Shown: positions 26,791 through 42,025 of the stretch, piece after piece
How positions within the stretch are numbered: position 1 is the stretch's first letter
Layout: every line of letters starts with the position of its first letter
NCBI RefSeq assembly: GCF_006345805.1
Contig: NC_043008.1
Span: 43,276,001 to 43,340,000 of the forward strand
Direction: 5' to 3'
DNA length: 64,000 bases
From: Octopus sinensis
Lineage: Eukaryota
Notes under the pieces: model-generated
Database searches by the model: none
What the model was told of the DNA's origin: nothing
Seen by the model: only the letters and a program-made list of their open reading frames with translations
Made by a program: the position numbers and the translations under genes

Positions 26791-26930
26791 AGGTGGATTA
26801 ACTTTCGTTATCTATATTGGAAAGAGCTTTGTATCTTTGAGAGAAACCAGCTCCTTGTTTGGAAGAATATATCAAATAATTAAAAGTACATGAGAGCATA
26901 CAGACATACATAAATACATACAAACACGCA

Positions 26931-26984
<54 letters not shown>

Positions 26985-27083
26985 GCATAAGGAATAATAT
27001 ACAGGGTAGGAAAATTATAGAATTTTTCTACCAGTAGCCTAGCATGCAGAAAATAGTCAATAGACTATATAGTATTCATATAA

Positions 27084-27237
27084 AATTAGTCTACATTTAA
27101 ACACATAAGAGGTGCCTTGACAGGACATCTAACATGCTAGAAGGACCGGTCAAAATCCAAACCACAGTTAGAAGTAATTCCTTCTAGCATGTTAGGTGTC
27201 CTGCTAAGGCACCTCTTATGTATTTGAATGTACACTA

Positions 27238-27240
<3 letters not shown>
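27084..27240. mobile_element. Palindromic MITE (62-bp inverted arms, TA context)
   Basis: Arms 27084-27145 and 27179-27240 match at 56/62 positions, with a 33-bp spacer; flanked by TATA. Confidence 0.75.
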
Positions 27241-27268
<28 letters not shown>

Positions 27269-27964
27269 ATCTATATTATATATATATATATATATATATG
27301 TCTATCTATCTATCTACATGCACACACACACATACAATCCCTCAGGACACACACATATATATTTCTGCGTACACACGCGCGCGCAAAGTATATAAGATTT
27401 ACTTCGTTTGATTGTTATACTCTGCTTTTCTATCGAGTTCTTTCTTCCCCGTTTGTTAATACCAATGGATAAGTCTGAATAAGTCTTTCTGTATGGTGTG
27501 TGTGTGTGTGTGTGTGGCTGAGAGCGTTTGTGTGTGTGTGTGTTTGTATGTATATAAATGTGCACAATACATCAGTCATACATAGCAGTTATGGGGGAAT
27601 CCAACCGTACGTGTACAGGCATACGTATACATACATACTTGCATACATATATATATGTGTATGTACGTATGTATGTATGTTTAATATCAATGACTTTTGC
27701 TTTAAAGATATGAAAATTGAAAACATGAATAAATGAATAAATATTCCTTCTGCTTAATGTTGATTTAGGAATGTTAACACAAAGTTGGAATATTAATATT
27801 CGAAATCAAAGTGTTCGTAAAAGATTACACAGAATCTCATTCGTGCAGATGCGTGTGTATATATGCAGGCTCGTATATGTGTGTGCTGGTGTATGTGTAT
27901 GCCAGCTTGAATGTGTGTATATGTGCTTGCGTACGTGTATGTGCATGCATCTGTTTATGAGCGC

Positions 27965-28001
<37 letters not shown>

Positions 28002-31000
28002 GTGTGTGTGTGTGTGTGTGTGTGTGCTTGTGTGTTTTGATATATGTATGAGTGTATGAATAAATGTCGTAGTTAATGTATAAAGCTATTGCTGTTTACT
28101 GTATTTGGTAGGGTAGAGTATTCACGAATTTAAAAAGAGAAAACGCATCGAAGGAGAAACTGTGAGTAGCGACGGAATTAAACATCAGATTACTCTTAAC
28201 ATATATACTCTACAACGTGTATTGAGTACTCTATTTCAAAACAAAAAGTGCATATTTGCATACATATACGTACGTGTACATTGAAACAAATGCAAGATAA
28301 ATACTGTTCTGTACACCCTGATTTCAAACCCCACCGAGATCAAGTTTGCCTTTTATCCTTCGGTATCGATAAAATAAAGTACCAATCATATATTGGAATC
28401 ATCGATTAATTGGATAAATCGTTATAGCGTTTGACAAATTGTCTTGCGTTATTTAGATACGACCATTTATGTCACTGGATCTCAAGTGAGGACCATATGA
28501 CGCCTGGGATTTGGTATATGATTTCTGGAGGGAGTAGTAAATTGGGGGTCTACAGTCGTATATTAGGGTCCATAATGCTTTTGCAGGTATTTATTGCAAG
28601 AAATAATTCGGTTGCTTTCTCTAATGTTTTACATATTTCAACATGATTCCTGTCACTGCAATATCTTCTCCCAGAGGGTTCTGTCGCGTACCTACACAAG
28701 TGAATAAGAGATAAACAAAATAGGGATTTTTAAAGGAGTATCTACAAAACTAGTTTTTAAACATCGACTGACTCTATGGGTCCATTAGAACAGAATAATA
28801 ATGAAAAGGGTCTATAGATGTATTTAAAAAAATGGTTGAAAGCCATTGATTTGCGTTGAGTTCCACTCTGGTCGCATTTCTAGCTTTGCCTTTCATCCTT
28901 TGGGGATCGATAAAAATAAAGTATTAATGAAACACTGGGATGATTTATATTCACATAATGCGTTCAAGATGCGAACAGAATTATAATATGACACAAAGAC
29001 CAAGACAATATTCCACCCCCAAGTAGGTGGCGTGGTGCCAATGTTGAAAATCAATATTATTTGTGGAAACGAGTGTCTAAATCTGTGTGTTTTACAGAGA
29101 CATATCTCTGCGCAGTGTTCTAGAAACCTCCCGCCAGATGCAACAGCACTGAAGTATGATCATCTGCATTATTGACAACAATCATAAAATGGCTCAATAG
29201 AAATTTTCAGTTGACTCGCTTTGTGTGATTGAATTATTTTAAAATTCATGTCGTCCCTTTAATAGAGTGGTGGGCGATAATTCGGTTACGCATTCATTAG
29301 AATTCATAACGGCAGGTGTGTTAATTAACTCACTTTGGACGTTAATAATTTTAATTATTATTTCAATATTTGATAACTGCTCTCATTATGTGAGATGCCG
29401 CTAACGAAGTCAATAAATCATTAAAACCACGTCCTTAATGTTGTGTGGGGGCATTTCACTCTCATTGACTGAGGCCACCTTGTCGTAAGTGGATGCAACA
29501 GAAAGCTTTCTTCTACTCACGTTTGACGGACTTTGCGTTTTAGATTTTTATTCGGAATTTTCTGGGGATGTGGTTGTTGAGGGTGCCATGTAGTTTAAAT
29601 ACATCATGTGTATCTTTCTGCAGAAAGTCAACGTTTTCAGGAATTCTTCAAGGCTACAAATGGATTATCTGGACGTAGAACCAAGAATTAAGAATTATAC
29701 TTTGAATGCAAATGATTTTAGTGTTGTTGCCCTTGGTGCTGTTGTGTTATTTAATCGCAAGTCAGCCGTGAACAGACGGACTTATACACACAGTCACACA
29801 GACACACAGACACACGCATACATACATACATACATACATACCTAAATACATACATACATACATACCTAAATACATACATACATACATACATACATACATA
29901 CATACATACATACATACATACATACAAACAGTTAGAAACAGTAATTTGAATTAACCTTGATACATGACTGGTATTACAATATATCGACCCTAATGACTTT
30001 TGAAAAATAAACCCTGCTTCTTAGATTTTTAATTTCTAGCTTAAATTACTCCACTAAATATTACAAAATATTATCTGCGTCACTTTTTCGATTTTACCAG
30101 TCTACCATAATGACTTCTAAATAATTATATTTAATATAAATGTTGGTTGGTTGGTCTCTCCGGTAACAGTTCACATCGTATAGAGAGGGAGTAAGAGACT
30201 AAAAGGGAGATAAAAAGAGAGAGAGAGAGAGAGAGAGAGAGTGGGGGGAGTTAACATAAGAAGTACAAGCTGCACGCACTTATTAGGCGTGTTGTATTAA
30301 GGAAGAGTACACACATTGTGAGGGAAAATATCATAGAGGCAGCAGATGAGGAAGAGAAAATGACAGAGGTGTTACGTGAGGGTTTTAAATTTTGCAGAGA
30401 TAGATTTTCGACCGAGGAGACCACAATTATAAAGGATAACATTTAGAAACACAATAAAACATGAAGTTTGCAAATATTCAAATAAGATATTAAATATATT
30501 TGATTTGATTTCGAAATAATAAATATTTTCTTTCGAAAATTAGTATCCATTTCATAATTCTGTATAAACAACATAAAATTTGATAAATGTCTTATTATAA
30601 TTATTGTATTTATGTCTTATTTCCTGATATTATCCGTGGCGGGAAAGTATATTTCCAAATTTACTCCCAATGTGACAGGTAATATGCTAGTATATAAATC
30701 ATAGCTGATTAACGCAGTCGCAGTAATCGCCAACTGATTCATATTTTGTTTTGATGACATCCGTGAAATCAAAAGCGCAAATTTACTAATTGTGCCAAGC
30801 ATCACCGACTGTTTCGTTCGGTTTTATATATTCAGCACGGAATGAGTCAGCGATATCAACTGCTCTACCTTGTCGAGTTCGAGAGATTATGAAGAACTGG
30901 GCTGAAGGGATAATGCGGTGCTTCCCAAAATAGCGAATTATGCACAAAATAAAGAGATGCCTTCAAAATGTTGGCCAACAATTAAGTCTACTGAAGCTGG

Positions 31001-31656
31001 TAACGGTGGTTAAATAGACAGAATAGATACGAAAGAATGGATTTCATTTGTAGAGATTTTTAATTAATGTTCGACAATAGCGGCTTCAGTAGACGGATAT
31101 TAATTACAACCTCAACTCTAGGATTCTCTATGTGTGGGTGTATGTGAGTGCGTGTGTATATAAGTATGTGTGTGAGTGTATGTGTTTATATGTATGTGTG
31201 TGTATGCGTATTTTTGGGGAGTGTGATCATATCAGTGTATATCAGTGTCTATATCCACACCCACCCACAAACATACATACATACATACATACATACACAA
31301 ACACACACACATTCATACACATACACATATCTGTTAAATATATATATGAATACATAAATACATAATACATTTATATATATGTGTATGTGTGTATTCGTGT
31401 GTGTGTGTGTGTTGTGTGCTAGATTAAACGTTTAATTGTAAAGCTAATAAGCTCTGTAGAAATAAGTATCATTGTTGTTTTCATTGAAGTTTCGAGATAA
31501 GGTAGTTTAGGGGTCAGAGAACAAAAGTCAGAAGTTTGGTCCTAAATGAGGTGGGGGTGGGGAGGGGCGGGAATGATTAGAATTTATTTTCATCTTTTTC
31601 TGTGATGAAAATATTTAAGAGATATCATCAACAACAACAACAACAACAATAATAAC

Positions 31657-31687
<31 letters not shown>

Positions 31688-31689
31688 TT

Positions 31690-31965
31690 TTCCAACAGTC
31701 TAATCTGTTGTGTGTATATGAATAATAAAAGAGATTTAGACATCTAGGACGTGACAATTAAAAACCAAAACCATCCTTGTTACAGGTGCACTGGAAATGA
31801 TCAGGAAAGGTAGTGACAAATTTTTTGACCAGATTCTTTGGAAACCAACAATGTATGAGACTCAAAAAATTATATTGACCTCAACCGCCCACATTCTTTG
31901 CAATTTTCTCTCCTTCAAATATTCGCAGGCCTTAGGTCTTTGGTTAAGACCTCATCGGAAGATGA
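31690..31965 (+). mobile_element. R4/Dong 3' fragment
   Basis: LKTKTILVTGALEMIRKG...QKIILTSTAHIL..FLS; directly follows (CAA)n(TAA)n. Confidence 0.75.
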
Positions 31966-33509
31966 AATAAAATGCATTTTCTAATGACGAGGCGTATCCA
32001 GCGCTACTTCGTTTCTTGCTAATCCCTTCCACTACTACTCTAGTAAAAGACGCCGCATTGAATAGATTATATACACAAGAACATATTTTGGAAGAAAATA
32101 AAGTGAATCCGGATTAAACCAGTGGAATTATCTGTGTCGTGTTTGATGAGGATTCAAAAAGATTTTAGAACTGAAAAAAAAAACCCCGACAGAAACAAAT
32201 TCACTACGCACTGAATAAATAACAGCGATAAATCTATATGACGTTTCGGTCTTTGAACCTTTATCTTAAAGTAAAACAGCATTCTGAGAAAGCAGTTTGT
32301 AGTCTATATCTTCGCCAGCATCGAATCTTCACTCATGCTGAGATACATCTTTCCAGTTTTGGAGTCATCGCCAAAACATTGAATTTATTCTCCTATGTTC
32401 TTCCGCTCGTAAAATTAAATTGTTCTGTTTGTGTTGACACTTTTCCTTTTTTGGATATTTTCCTTCCACCACACACACGCACACACACACATGCACACAC
32501 ACACATACACACACATACATACACACCATATGTATATGATCTGGGTTAATATAACGTAATAAAGTGTTCCCTTGATGAACCGATACAGATTTGCATTCAA
32601 ATGCAGTATGGCCACCCTCTGCAGAGGATTCGAATTTCCACAATGGCAATGTGCATGCAGGGAACAAATGGTATATACATACATACATATATATGAGTTT
32701 GTGAATACATATACACTTATTTGTGTGTGTATATATATATATATATATTATATATATATACATATATATATATACGTGTATATGCTCGTATGCAAATGTG
32801 CTTAAACGTGTGCGTATGTTACCAAATTTCAACTTGTAGCCGATGGTGCCCAGTGATATTTGGTAAACAGATTCGTTGCTAGGTGGGTGGACGTCGATTA
32901 ATATTCGCTAATTTTCTTAGTATTTTTTCATCTCAAGAAGATTCCTTCCTATTTGGAAATATTCTGAGAAAGAATTTTAATATCAGAAGAAAAAAAAGCG
33001 TCTCCTCTCTCGTGAGTTCTTAACCTCGATACAATCTAAAAATATGATTTTGGTTTTCTTTTCATAACGAAAAAAAAAATAATCTTAATTAATTTAGACA
33101 GTGATTTATACGAATTTGAAATAAATTACTTTTTTTTTTATTAATTGTAAGGATTCCTCTGCGGCTTTGTTGTTGCGTTTTTTTTTTTCTTAAATATTTG
33201 TTGTTTTTGTTTATTTAAAATTATATCTTTCAAGATATTAATTAAAAATTGTAACCAACAACACAATCAAGCCAACTACATCAGATGAGTTTCAAAGAAT
33301 ATTTTATTCGTCTGTTCATTTATTTATCAAAAATTGCGAAATATCTACGAATTAATGTTGAAAATATGATAAAAAGGCGGCGGGGAGGAGAAAAATAAGC
33401 GAAAAGCATTTTATTCTCCATAAAATCTCTGTTAATATTCCCGAGCAATAAATCATGCTAACATGTATGAATTCTCCAAGACATATATATATATTATATA
33501 TATATATAT

Positions 33510-33555
<46 letters not shown>

Positions 33556-35119
33556 TATGTACATGAAAGAATTGAAGAAAATTTTTCAATTTCCTGGAAT
33601 GTTCTTCAAAGAATTCTTACGTGTTTCAAAATGGGTAGGAGGGCATGGTTTATGGTGCCTTAATTTTCTCAATCTGGGGGCGGTATTAATGGCAGAGAGT
33701 AAAGTGAGGAATTTAAATGATGAACTAAAATGTGGTTAAAAGCCATTACAATGATGTGGCTTGTTAAGAATGGAAAGAGAAACGAGGAACAATTCTGAGA
33801 ATTAATAAGGAATTACGCTTCATATTCCATTATCATGCCATGTAGCAATTTATTTCGCTTTTCCATATTCAGATACACCTACACACTGGCACACACACAT
33901 ACACGCATATACAAACATACATACATACATACATACATACATATGTGTGTATACATACATATATATGCATACATATATATGCATACACACAGCTACATAT
34001 ACACATATACGAACACACACACACACATTTATATATATATACACATACGAATACACACACACACACACACATCTATATATAGATATACAGATATACATAC
34101 ACAGACATATACATTCATTCATACACACACACACATATATATAAAGTTATATACGCATATATACCTATTCGTATATACACAATAGATATGCTTACATACA
34201 TACATTCATATATATAATTATTTGTATGTATATATGTAAGTATATTAATATACATACATACATACATACATACATACATACATAAATACATACATACATA
34301 CATACATACATACATACATAAATACATACATACATTCTTACATACATACATACATACATGCATACATATATACATACATATGTGTATGTATGAGTGTATG
34401 TATTCATACATTCCTACACACATATTCTCTACTTAAGCAATTTTCCATTCTCACCGTTAATTCCGCCCCCTCCTCGCCACTCCTTCACAATAGAGACAGT
34501 TTACAGGTAGTAAGTGCCTCGTTGAAACTTGAAAAGAATGGGTGAGGTGAATGTGGGTTGTTTAGAGATTTAAATTTTGGTTTTCTCTTTCGTCTTAATG
34601 TTATGGAGTATGACAATTAATTGGGGTTTTTTTGCGTTACGACATTCGATCTCTGCACTTGATAAAAGAGACTCTATGCACTCGCTCATATTGCTAGAAA
34701 TAACCACTAAATCCTGAGATAACACGTATTTGATAATGTAATCAGGGTATGTTATGCTTCGGAAAAGCTGGGAGAGTCATGGATGGAATGACTCAGTCGC
34801 TTTAAGACTGACCTGGGGTTAAACAGCAACAGAAATGTCATGATCAAACAAGTGAGTCTCCATCTGGCTTTTCGACCCGCTAGAAATAGAAACCAAATCT
34901 CCCTCTAATCCTACTTTACCGACTTTGAAAACAAGGCAAAGTACATCGGATAATGTAGTCCTACGTTCATAGGCATAATAAGGCAGGAGAGTCACTGCAG
35001 GAGTGCCTGGGATCATAGGCCTGCTCGACTCCTTTAGGGTCGACCTGGGGCTAAACAACAACAGCAACAATGATAAAACAATGAAGACCCAATGTTATAA
35101 TTGAACATAAATAAAGGGA

Positions 35120-35420
35120 CGGCCGGGTGGCAGACTCGGTAGAGCGTCAGGATATATGCGTTGTGGTGTTTGTTCCAGCTCTTTATATTTTCAGGTCCAA
35201 TCCCGCCAAGGTAATCTTTGCTTTCCATCCCTCCAGGTTCGAAAAAAATCAAGTACCAGTCAAGAACTGGGGTCGTTCACCGAACTGTTAGCATGCCGGA
35301 TAAAATGCTCAGCAGCATTTCGTCCGTGTTTGAATTCTCAGCTCAAATTCTGCCAAGGTCGATTTTGCTTTTGCATCTTTTTGAGATGGATGAAATAAAT
35401 AGCAACCAAGTACTGGCAAC
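35120..35420 (+). mobile_element. SINE family B copy/copies
   Basis: ggtccaatcccgccaaggt...ctttgctttccatcc...gtaccagt...actggggtcg. Other family B pieces lie at 1245-1390, 28310-28410, 40555-40740 (-), 44190-44320, 55240-55350 (-), 55690-55973 (-) and 61440-61637 (-). Confidence 0.75.
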
Positions 35421-35589
35421 GAGGCAGGCGACACCTATCCCAACCCGCAAAAACCGCTGACCATCGGTCAAAATGTGAAACCGTATTATTACAACGTGGA
35501 TACCGTTGTTTCAGCAAAGCATATATTTGCTACGTATCAACAAAAAGAAATTATACATGTACACACACACACACACACACACACAAATA

Positions 35590-35745
35590 CGACAGACTTC
35601 TTTCAGTTTCCGCCTACCAAATCCACTCACAAGGCTTTGGTCGGTCCGTGGCTATAGTAGAAGACACTTGCCCAGGTGTCACGCAATGGGACTGAACCGG
35701 GAACATGTGGCTGGTAAGCAAGCTACTTACCACACAGCCACTCCT
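35590..35745 (-). mobile_element. SINE family A head
   Basis: acgacagacttctttcagtttccgcctaccaaatccactcacaaggctttggtcgg...gggactgaaccggg. Confidence 0.85.
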
Positions 35746-36000
35746 CCGATGTATGTATGTATATATATATATTATATATATATATATATAATATAATATA
35801 TAACACAACCATATATCTATACACACGTGTGTGTGTATATATGCACACATACACACACGCATGCATACATACATGTATTATTGTGTGTGTGTGTGTGTGT
35901 GTGTGTGTAGTTAAAATTTATAAAAAAACAAAAGACGAGGTCAGGTGTGTGAATAACAATTAAGTATATTTGTTTGGCACTTGAAGAAAATGGAAAAGAC

Positions 36001-36035
36001 GTTTACGTTTCGAGCTTACGCTCTTCAGCAGAAAG
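36001..36035 (-). ncRNA. Minimal hammerhead-like motif, variant core (CUGCUGA)
   Basis: Minus strand: ccttt-CTGCTGA-A-GAGC gtaa GCTC-GAAAC-GTA-aac; perfect 4-bp stem II with a GNRA loop, but core A6 is replaced by C. Confidence 0.45.
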
Positions 36036-36242
36036 GAATAAGAGCAAATAAATAGAGAATGCAATAAAGAAAGGCGTAGAGTTCAGCGGTCAAGCTTGGC
36101 GCTTGTATGTATCTATATATCTGGTATGTTGTGTGGTCAAACAACATGGAGGTAGTGTATGTATGTGTATGCATATATATAGATATATATATACACATAC
36201 ATATATACATATATGTATAAATAGTTATATATATATATATAT

Positions 36243-36273
<31 letters not shown>

Positions 36274-36284
36274 GCATATATATA

Positions 36285-36331
<47 letters not shown>

Positions 36332-36529
36332 TATATATATAGTATATTATATTATATATATAAATATATGTATATATGTCTTTCTATATATGTAATTTTC
36401 TATAGTAAATTTAATTTTTCATTATATATTCTAATATTGTGTGAAAATTGATTTAGTATACCCAAATTGAATTTTTCCCTGTAAGTTTGAATAATATTCC
36501 ACCCTCATATCATTTTATAATATTATTAA

Positions 36530-36545
36530 TTATATTATCATTATG

Positions 36546-36617
<72 letters not shown>

Positions 36618-37494
36618 CATTATTATTATTATTAATATTATTATTATTATTATTAATATTATTATTATTATTAGTTATCTTATTATTAATATTATTTATT
36701 ATTAATATTATTATTATTATTATATTGTATTATTAATATTATATTAAGTAATATTATTATATTATTATTATTATTATATTATTATTATTATTAATATTAG
36801 TATTATTGATTATTAATATTATTATTAGTATTATAAATTATTATTAATATTATTATTATTAATTATTATTATTATTAATATTATTATTTTATTATTAGTA
36901 TTATTCTTATTATTGTTATTATTATTATTATTATCATTATATTATGATTAATATTATTCTTATTATATTATATTATTAATTATTATTTATTACTTAGTTA
37001 ATTTATTATAATAAATTATTAATATTATTGTTATTATTATTATATTATCATTATTATTATTTATATTATTATTAATATTATTATTTATATTATTTTAATA
37101 TTAATATTATTATTATTATGTATTGTTATTATTATATTTTATTATCATTATTATTATTATTAATCTTATTATATTATATTAATATTATTATTATTATTAT
37201 TAATATTATTATTAATATATTAGTTATTAATATTATTATTATTATATTATTATTATTAATATTATTATTAATATATTATTAATATTATATTATTATTATA
37301 TTATTATTATTATTATTAATATTATTATTATGATTATTAATATTATTATTATTATTATTAATATTATTATATATTGGATTATTATTAATATTATTATTAT
37401 TATATTATTATTATTATTATTATATATTATTATTATATTATTATTAATATTATTATTATATTATTATTATTATTATTATTAATTATTATTTTAT

Positions 37495-37526
<32 letters not shown>
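36530..37526. repeat. ~1 kb degenerate (TTA)n array ending in (GTA)n
   Basis: Direct reading. Confidence 0.95.
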
Positions 37527-37882
37527 TATATACGTACGAAGATTGTACACAAAATGACTGCGAGGGCGATGATAAATGAAACAGTGGGACAAAAGCTATA
37601 TGCAGTAGGAAGATGATGATGATGACGACGATGATGATGATGATGACGAGGAGGAGCAGGAAGAGGAGATGTAGAGTTGCTGCAGGTGTGAGAGGAAGGG
37701 TCGTAGGAGTATGAAATGAAGTTAATTTCTAATTAATAGAGGTTTGTTGCGATGTAGTTAATCGGTTCATTCACTGAAGTGAACTCCGTGTTTTGCAGTG
37801 CGTGGGAGGAGGAGCTGCGTGGAGACGGGCATAATTACCTATTTATTCATACAGGGACACACACGCACGCACTTGCACACCA

Positions 37883-37918
<36 letters not shown>

Positions 37919-38303
37919 CACCTTTGTATGAATGCATGTGCATATACATACAGTATATATATGGTATAGATATATATATATATATATTATATAATATATA
38001 TATATAATATATATTATATATTTTATATATGTATGATATATATAATATATAATATATATATACACATGTAATGTATATGTATTTATATATATACTGTATG
38101 TATACCTATATATATATGTATACATATGTATATATATATACATATATATACACATATATATATATATACATATATACCTATATATACATACATATATATG
38201 TGTATGTATATATATGTATACAGATATATTATATATACACATATATACATACATATATACATACATATATACATATATATATATACATTTTTATATGTGT
38301 ATA

Positions 38304-38361
<58 letters not shown>

Positions 38362-38879
38362 GTGTATATATATATATATATTATATAATATATATATATA
38401 ATATACACACACGTATATATGTATATTTTGTTGTGTATGTATCGTATATATATATAAATATAAATACTATATATATACATATACATGCATACAAATACGC
38501 ATACGCACACACACACACACACGTATATATAAACACATGCTTGTGCATATTAGTACGTATGCATATCTGTGTGTGTTTACGTGTGTGTGTGTGTGTGTAC
38601 TTGTGCATGTGTGTGCATGTATATGTGTCTGTGTGCGTGTGGGTGCCTACCTCTCTGTTTGTGTGTTTGTGTGTGTGTGGAAGGCATTTAAGCAGTTGAA
38701 GCTCAATCAATCAACAATCTTTAATCCAATCAATCAACAGTCTTTAATCCACTCAACAGACTAAAGATGTTAAATGCCAATTTTATAAATTACTTCGAAA
38801 ATAGAAACCAGTTTATTTCAAGACGACACTGGGTGATGACGTGGCGGGGTGGGGGGCGCGCTATCGATGTTCATCGCTG

Positions 38880-39125
38880 ATAGTTGTAGTAGTAGTAGTA
38901 GTTGTAGTAGTAGTAGTAGTAGTGATAGTAGCTGTGGAGATAATAATAGTAGTGATAGTAGAGGCTGTAATAGTAGTAGCGTTTGTTATAGCAATAGTAA
39001 TTAATAGTGGTGGTAATAGTAGTTGTGGTGATAGTAGTAGTAGTATTAGTAGTAGTAGTGGTGGTGGTGGTGGTGGTGGTGCTGTTGGTGGTGATGATGT
39101 TGGTGGTGGTGATGTTGATGGTGGA

Positions 39126-39176
<51 letters not shown>

Positions 39177-39242
39177 ATGATGATAGTGGCGGTGATGATG
39201 GTGATGGTGATCATGGTGGTGGTGGTGGTGGTGGTGGTGGTA
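38880..39242. repeat. Compound (GTA)/(GTG)/(GAT)n array
   Basis: Direct reading; similar arrays at 42215-42940 and 44330-44546. Confidence 0.95.
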
Positions 39243-39556
39243 ATAATTTGTAACGTTGGCGCAAGTCCAGCAGATATCGGGATGGTGGTAGCAGGGGTGG
39301 TGAATTAACTCGAACGCAGTACTTGGCCGGTTCTTACTTTATCGACCCAGAAACGAAACATTGAACGGAACTAAATACCTCGATGTCTGCCATTCTTAAT
39401 AGGGTGATGGTGGTAGCAGCAGCAGCAGCCGTGAACCAAGTCATTGCAATTGTTATTGTTTTAGTTGTTGTCTAATCCCAGGTCAGTCCTGATCGAGTAA
39501 ACCTTTGATCGATGACCATTCCATGTTTCCATAAATGGAAGAGAGAGAAAGAGGGA

Positions 39557-39648
<92 letters not shown>

Positions 39649-40791
39649 GTTGAGTCCAGTTTTTTTGCTTCAACCAAGCAAGTAGTAAAATATATTTTAC
39701 CAAAGTGCCGTGTTTTAGGATCGAACCATTGACTTGAGAAGCAAGCTTCGTAACTCAGCGGCCTCACCTATATAAATGGTTTTTTAACAGAGGCACAGAA
39801 CAATTGGTTAGGTTGGGGGTGGGGGGAGAGAACCGATCGATTATATCGATACCCACACTGCAACAATTTGATCGGGAATTTATTCTATCGATTCCGGAAG
39901 TCGAAGTTGGTCTTGGCAAGAGTTGAACTTAAACCTTACAAATCCTGCAAACCATTTATTCCTACGTTCTACCATTCTACCATTCTACCAACCCATCGCT
40001 CTCCGCACCTTCGTAAATGTATGGTCATTATTCCGAAGAACTCAGGTTGTGAACCAGTTTTGGGTATCTGGAAGCAGCTTTTGGTATCAAGCTTCATCAA
40101 AAATTTTCTGAAGAACTCAGGCTGTGAACCAGTTTTTGATACCTGTCTGACACCAATTTACTCAATCTTCATCAATAATTTTGTTGGGAAAAAGGCATGA
40201 ATGCCACCCATTCTCGTTTCTTCATTTAAAAATTAAGTTGCGTTGTAGCTAAGGCAGAAATCAATATGTAAGTCAAACCGATAAGGAAACCGACAAGATC
40301 GATGACCTACCAATGATATTATAAGCGAGATCTTAAAGGGGAATCTCTCTGTGCCAATAATAGCAGCTCATTCTGCCAATAATAGCAGCTAAATCTACTT
40401 CAAATCATATGCTGCTGTCTTATAAAGAGAAAAGAAAGGTCACATCGAATAACGAAGTCTTAGAGGGGCCGTCAGTAAAGAGTAACTGAAAGGCCATGGC
40501 TGCGGCGTCTTTCATCTCGCGTCTACTTTTATCATAGTCGATATTAACACAAGGCCAGGCATTTAAGGGGGGGGGGGGCTAGTCGATGTAATCGAATTCA
40601 GGGCCCTCCCTACTTGTACTTGTTTTATCGACCACCGAAAGGATAAAAGGCAAAATCGAACTCGGCAGAATTTGAACTCAGACGAAACACCGCTCAGGAT
40701 TTTTACTAGCTGAGCTAACGATTCTGCCAGCTCATTGCCTTAACAACAACAGCAGCAGCAGCAGCAGCAACAACAACAACAACAACAACAA

Positions 40792-40832
<41 letters not shown>

Positions 40833-41507
40833 CTAGTAGTTCTGAGGCGGTCAGTTGTACTCTCTCACACTTGAGACGCCCGATGTAATATGAAAGAGAA
40901 TAATACGGTTAAAGTTAGCAATTTTTGCTATATTTATCGCCATATCATAGAATTTAAACATTTCTCTTCCGAATTGTTCTTATGCAAATATAATAGTACA
41001 GACGAAGCCGTAAACCGAAGAATTGGTGATTATCAAAGACTAAATTGGTTTCTTTGGAACCATAATTAATCTGCAAATGAATGTGCAATATGATAATAAT
41101 AGTGAAGCATATATGAATTGTGTGTGTGTGTGTGTGTGTGTGGTTTGAAGAAACGTTATACTTAGAAACGCAAACATTTCCTTAGATTTTTAACCCAAAT
41201 TGGAAATTAATCTTCAGCCGACGTTAAAACTTGATATCAACATTTTGAAAGCCGTTTGATATATTTCCAAGAATAATATATCAAAACTGCGCCAATCGTT
41301 TGCCAAAAATTGAAAATGGAAGGTTAACAAGTGAGACATCACAATCTTAGTTCTGCTGTCAAAATACTTCTGGCAAATTGTTATTAACGAATACCAAAGT
41401 GGAAGAGTTTTTAAACAGATTTTATTTCAAATTCAATTTTATGTTGGACTAATTTTATTTACTTTTGTTAAATGTCATTATAAACACACACACACATACA
41501 CACACAC

Positions 41508-41557
<50 letters not shown>

Positions 41558-41706
41558 TCAAACACAAAAATACATACACACGCACACACACTTTCATATT
41601 TCATTCTCGTCAAACACACACACATATACGTGTGTGTGTATATATATATATATACATCATAGACGCATCTGTATATGCGTGTATAGATGTATATATGTAT
41701 ATGTAT

Positions 41707-41753
<47 letters not shown>

Positions 41754-41774
41754 CAGATAGGTAGATAGATAGAT

Positions 41775-41832
<58 letters not shown>

Positions 41833-41951
41833 ATTGAGAGAGAGAGGGGTTGTGAGAAAGAGACAGACAAACGTAGAGTTACAGAAATGTATATATATAT
41901 ATACTCTTAAATATATACATCCATGCATATATATACTAGATATATACTTTG

Positions 41952-42025
<74 letters not shown>

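Noticed and set aside
30252-30444. ~63-codon open frame on + (KYKLHALIRR...LREGFKFCRDRF...)
   Set aside because: No start codon at its 5' end, no usable acceptor (preceded by GA repeats) and no recognisable homology.
40743-40834. PolyQ-like CAA/CAG run
   Set aside because: Bounded in frame by TAA and TAG with no splice sites; it flanks a SINE.
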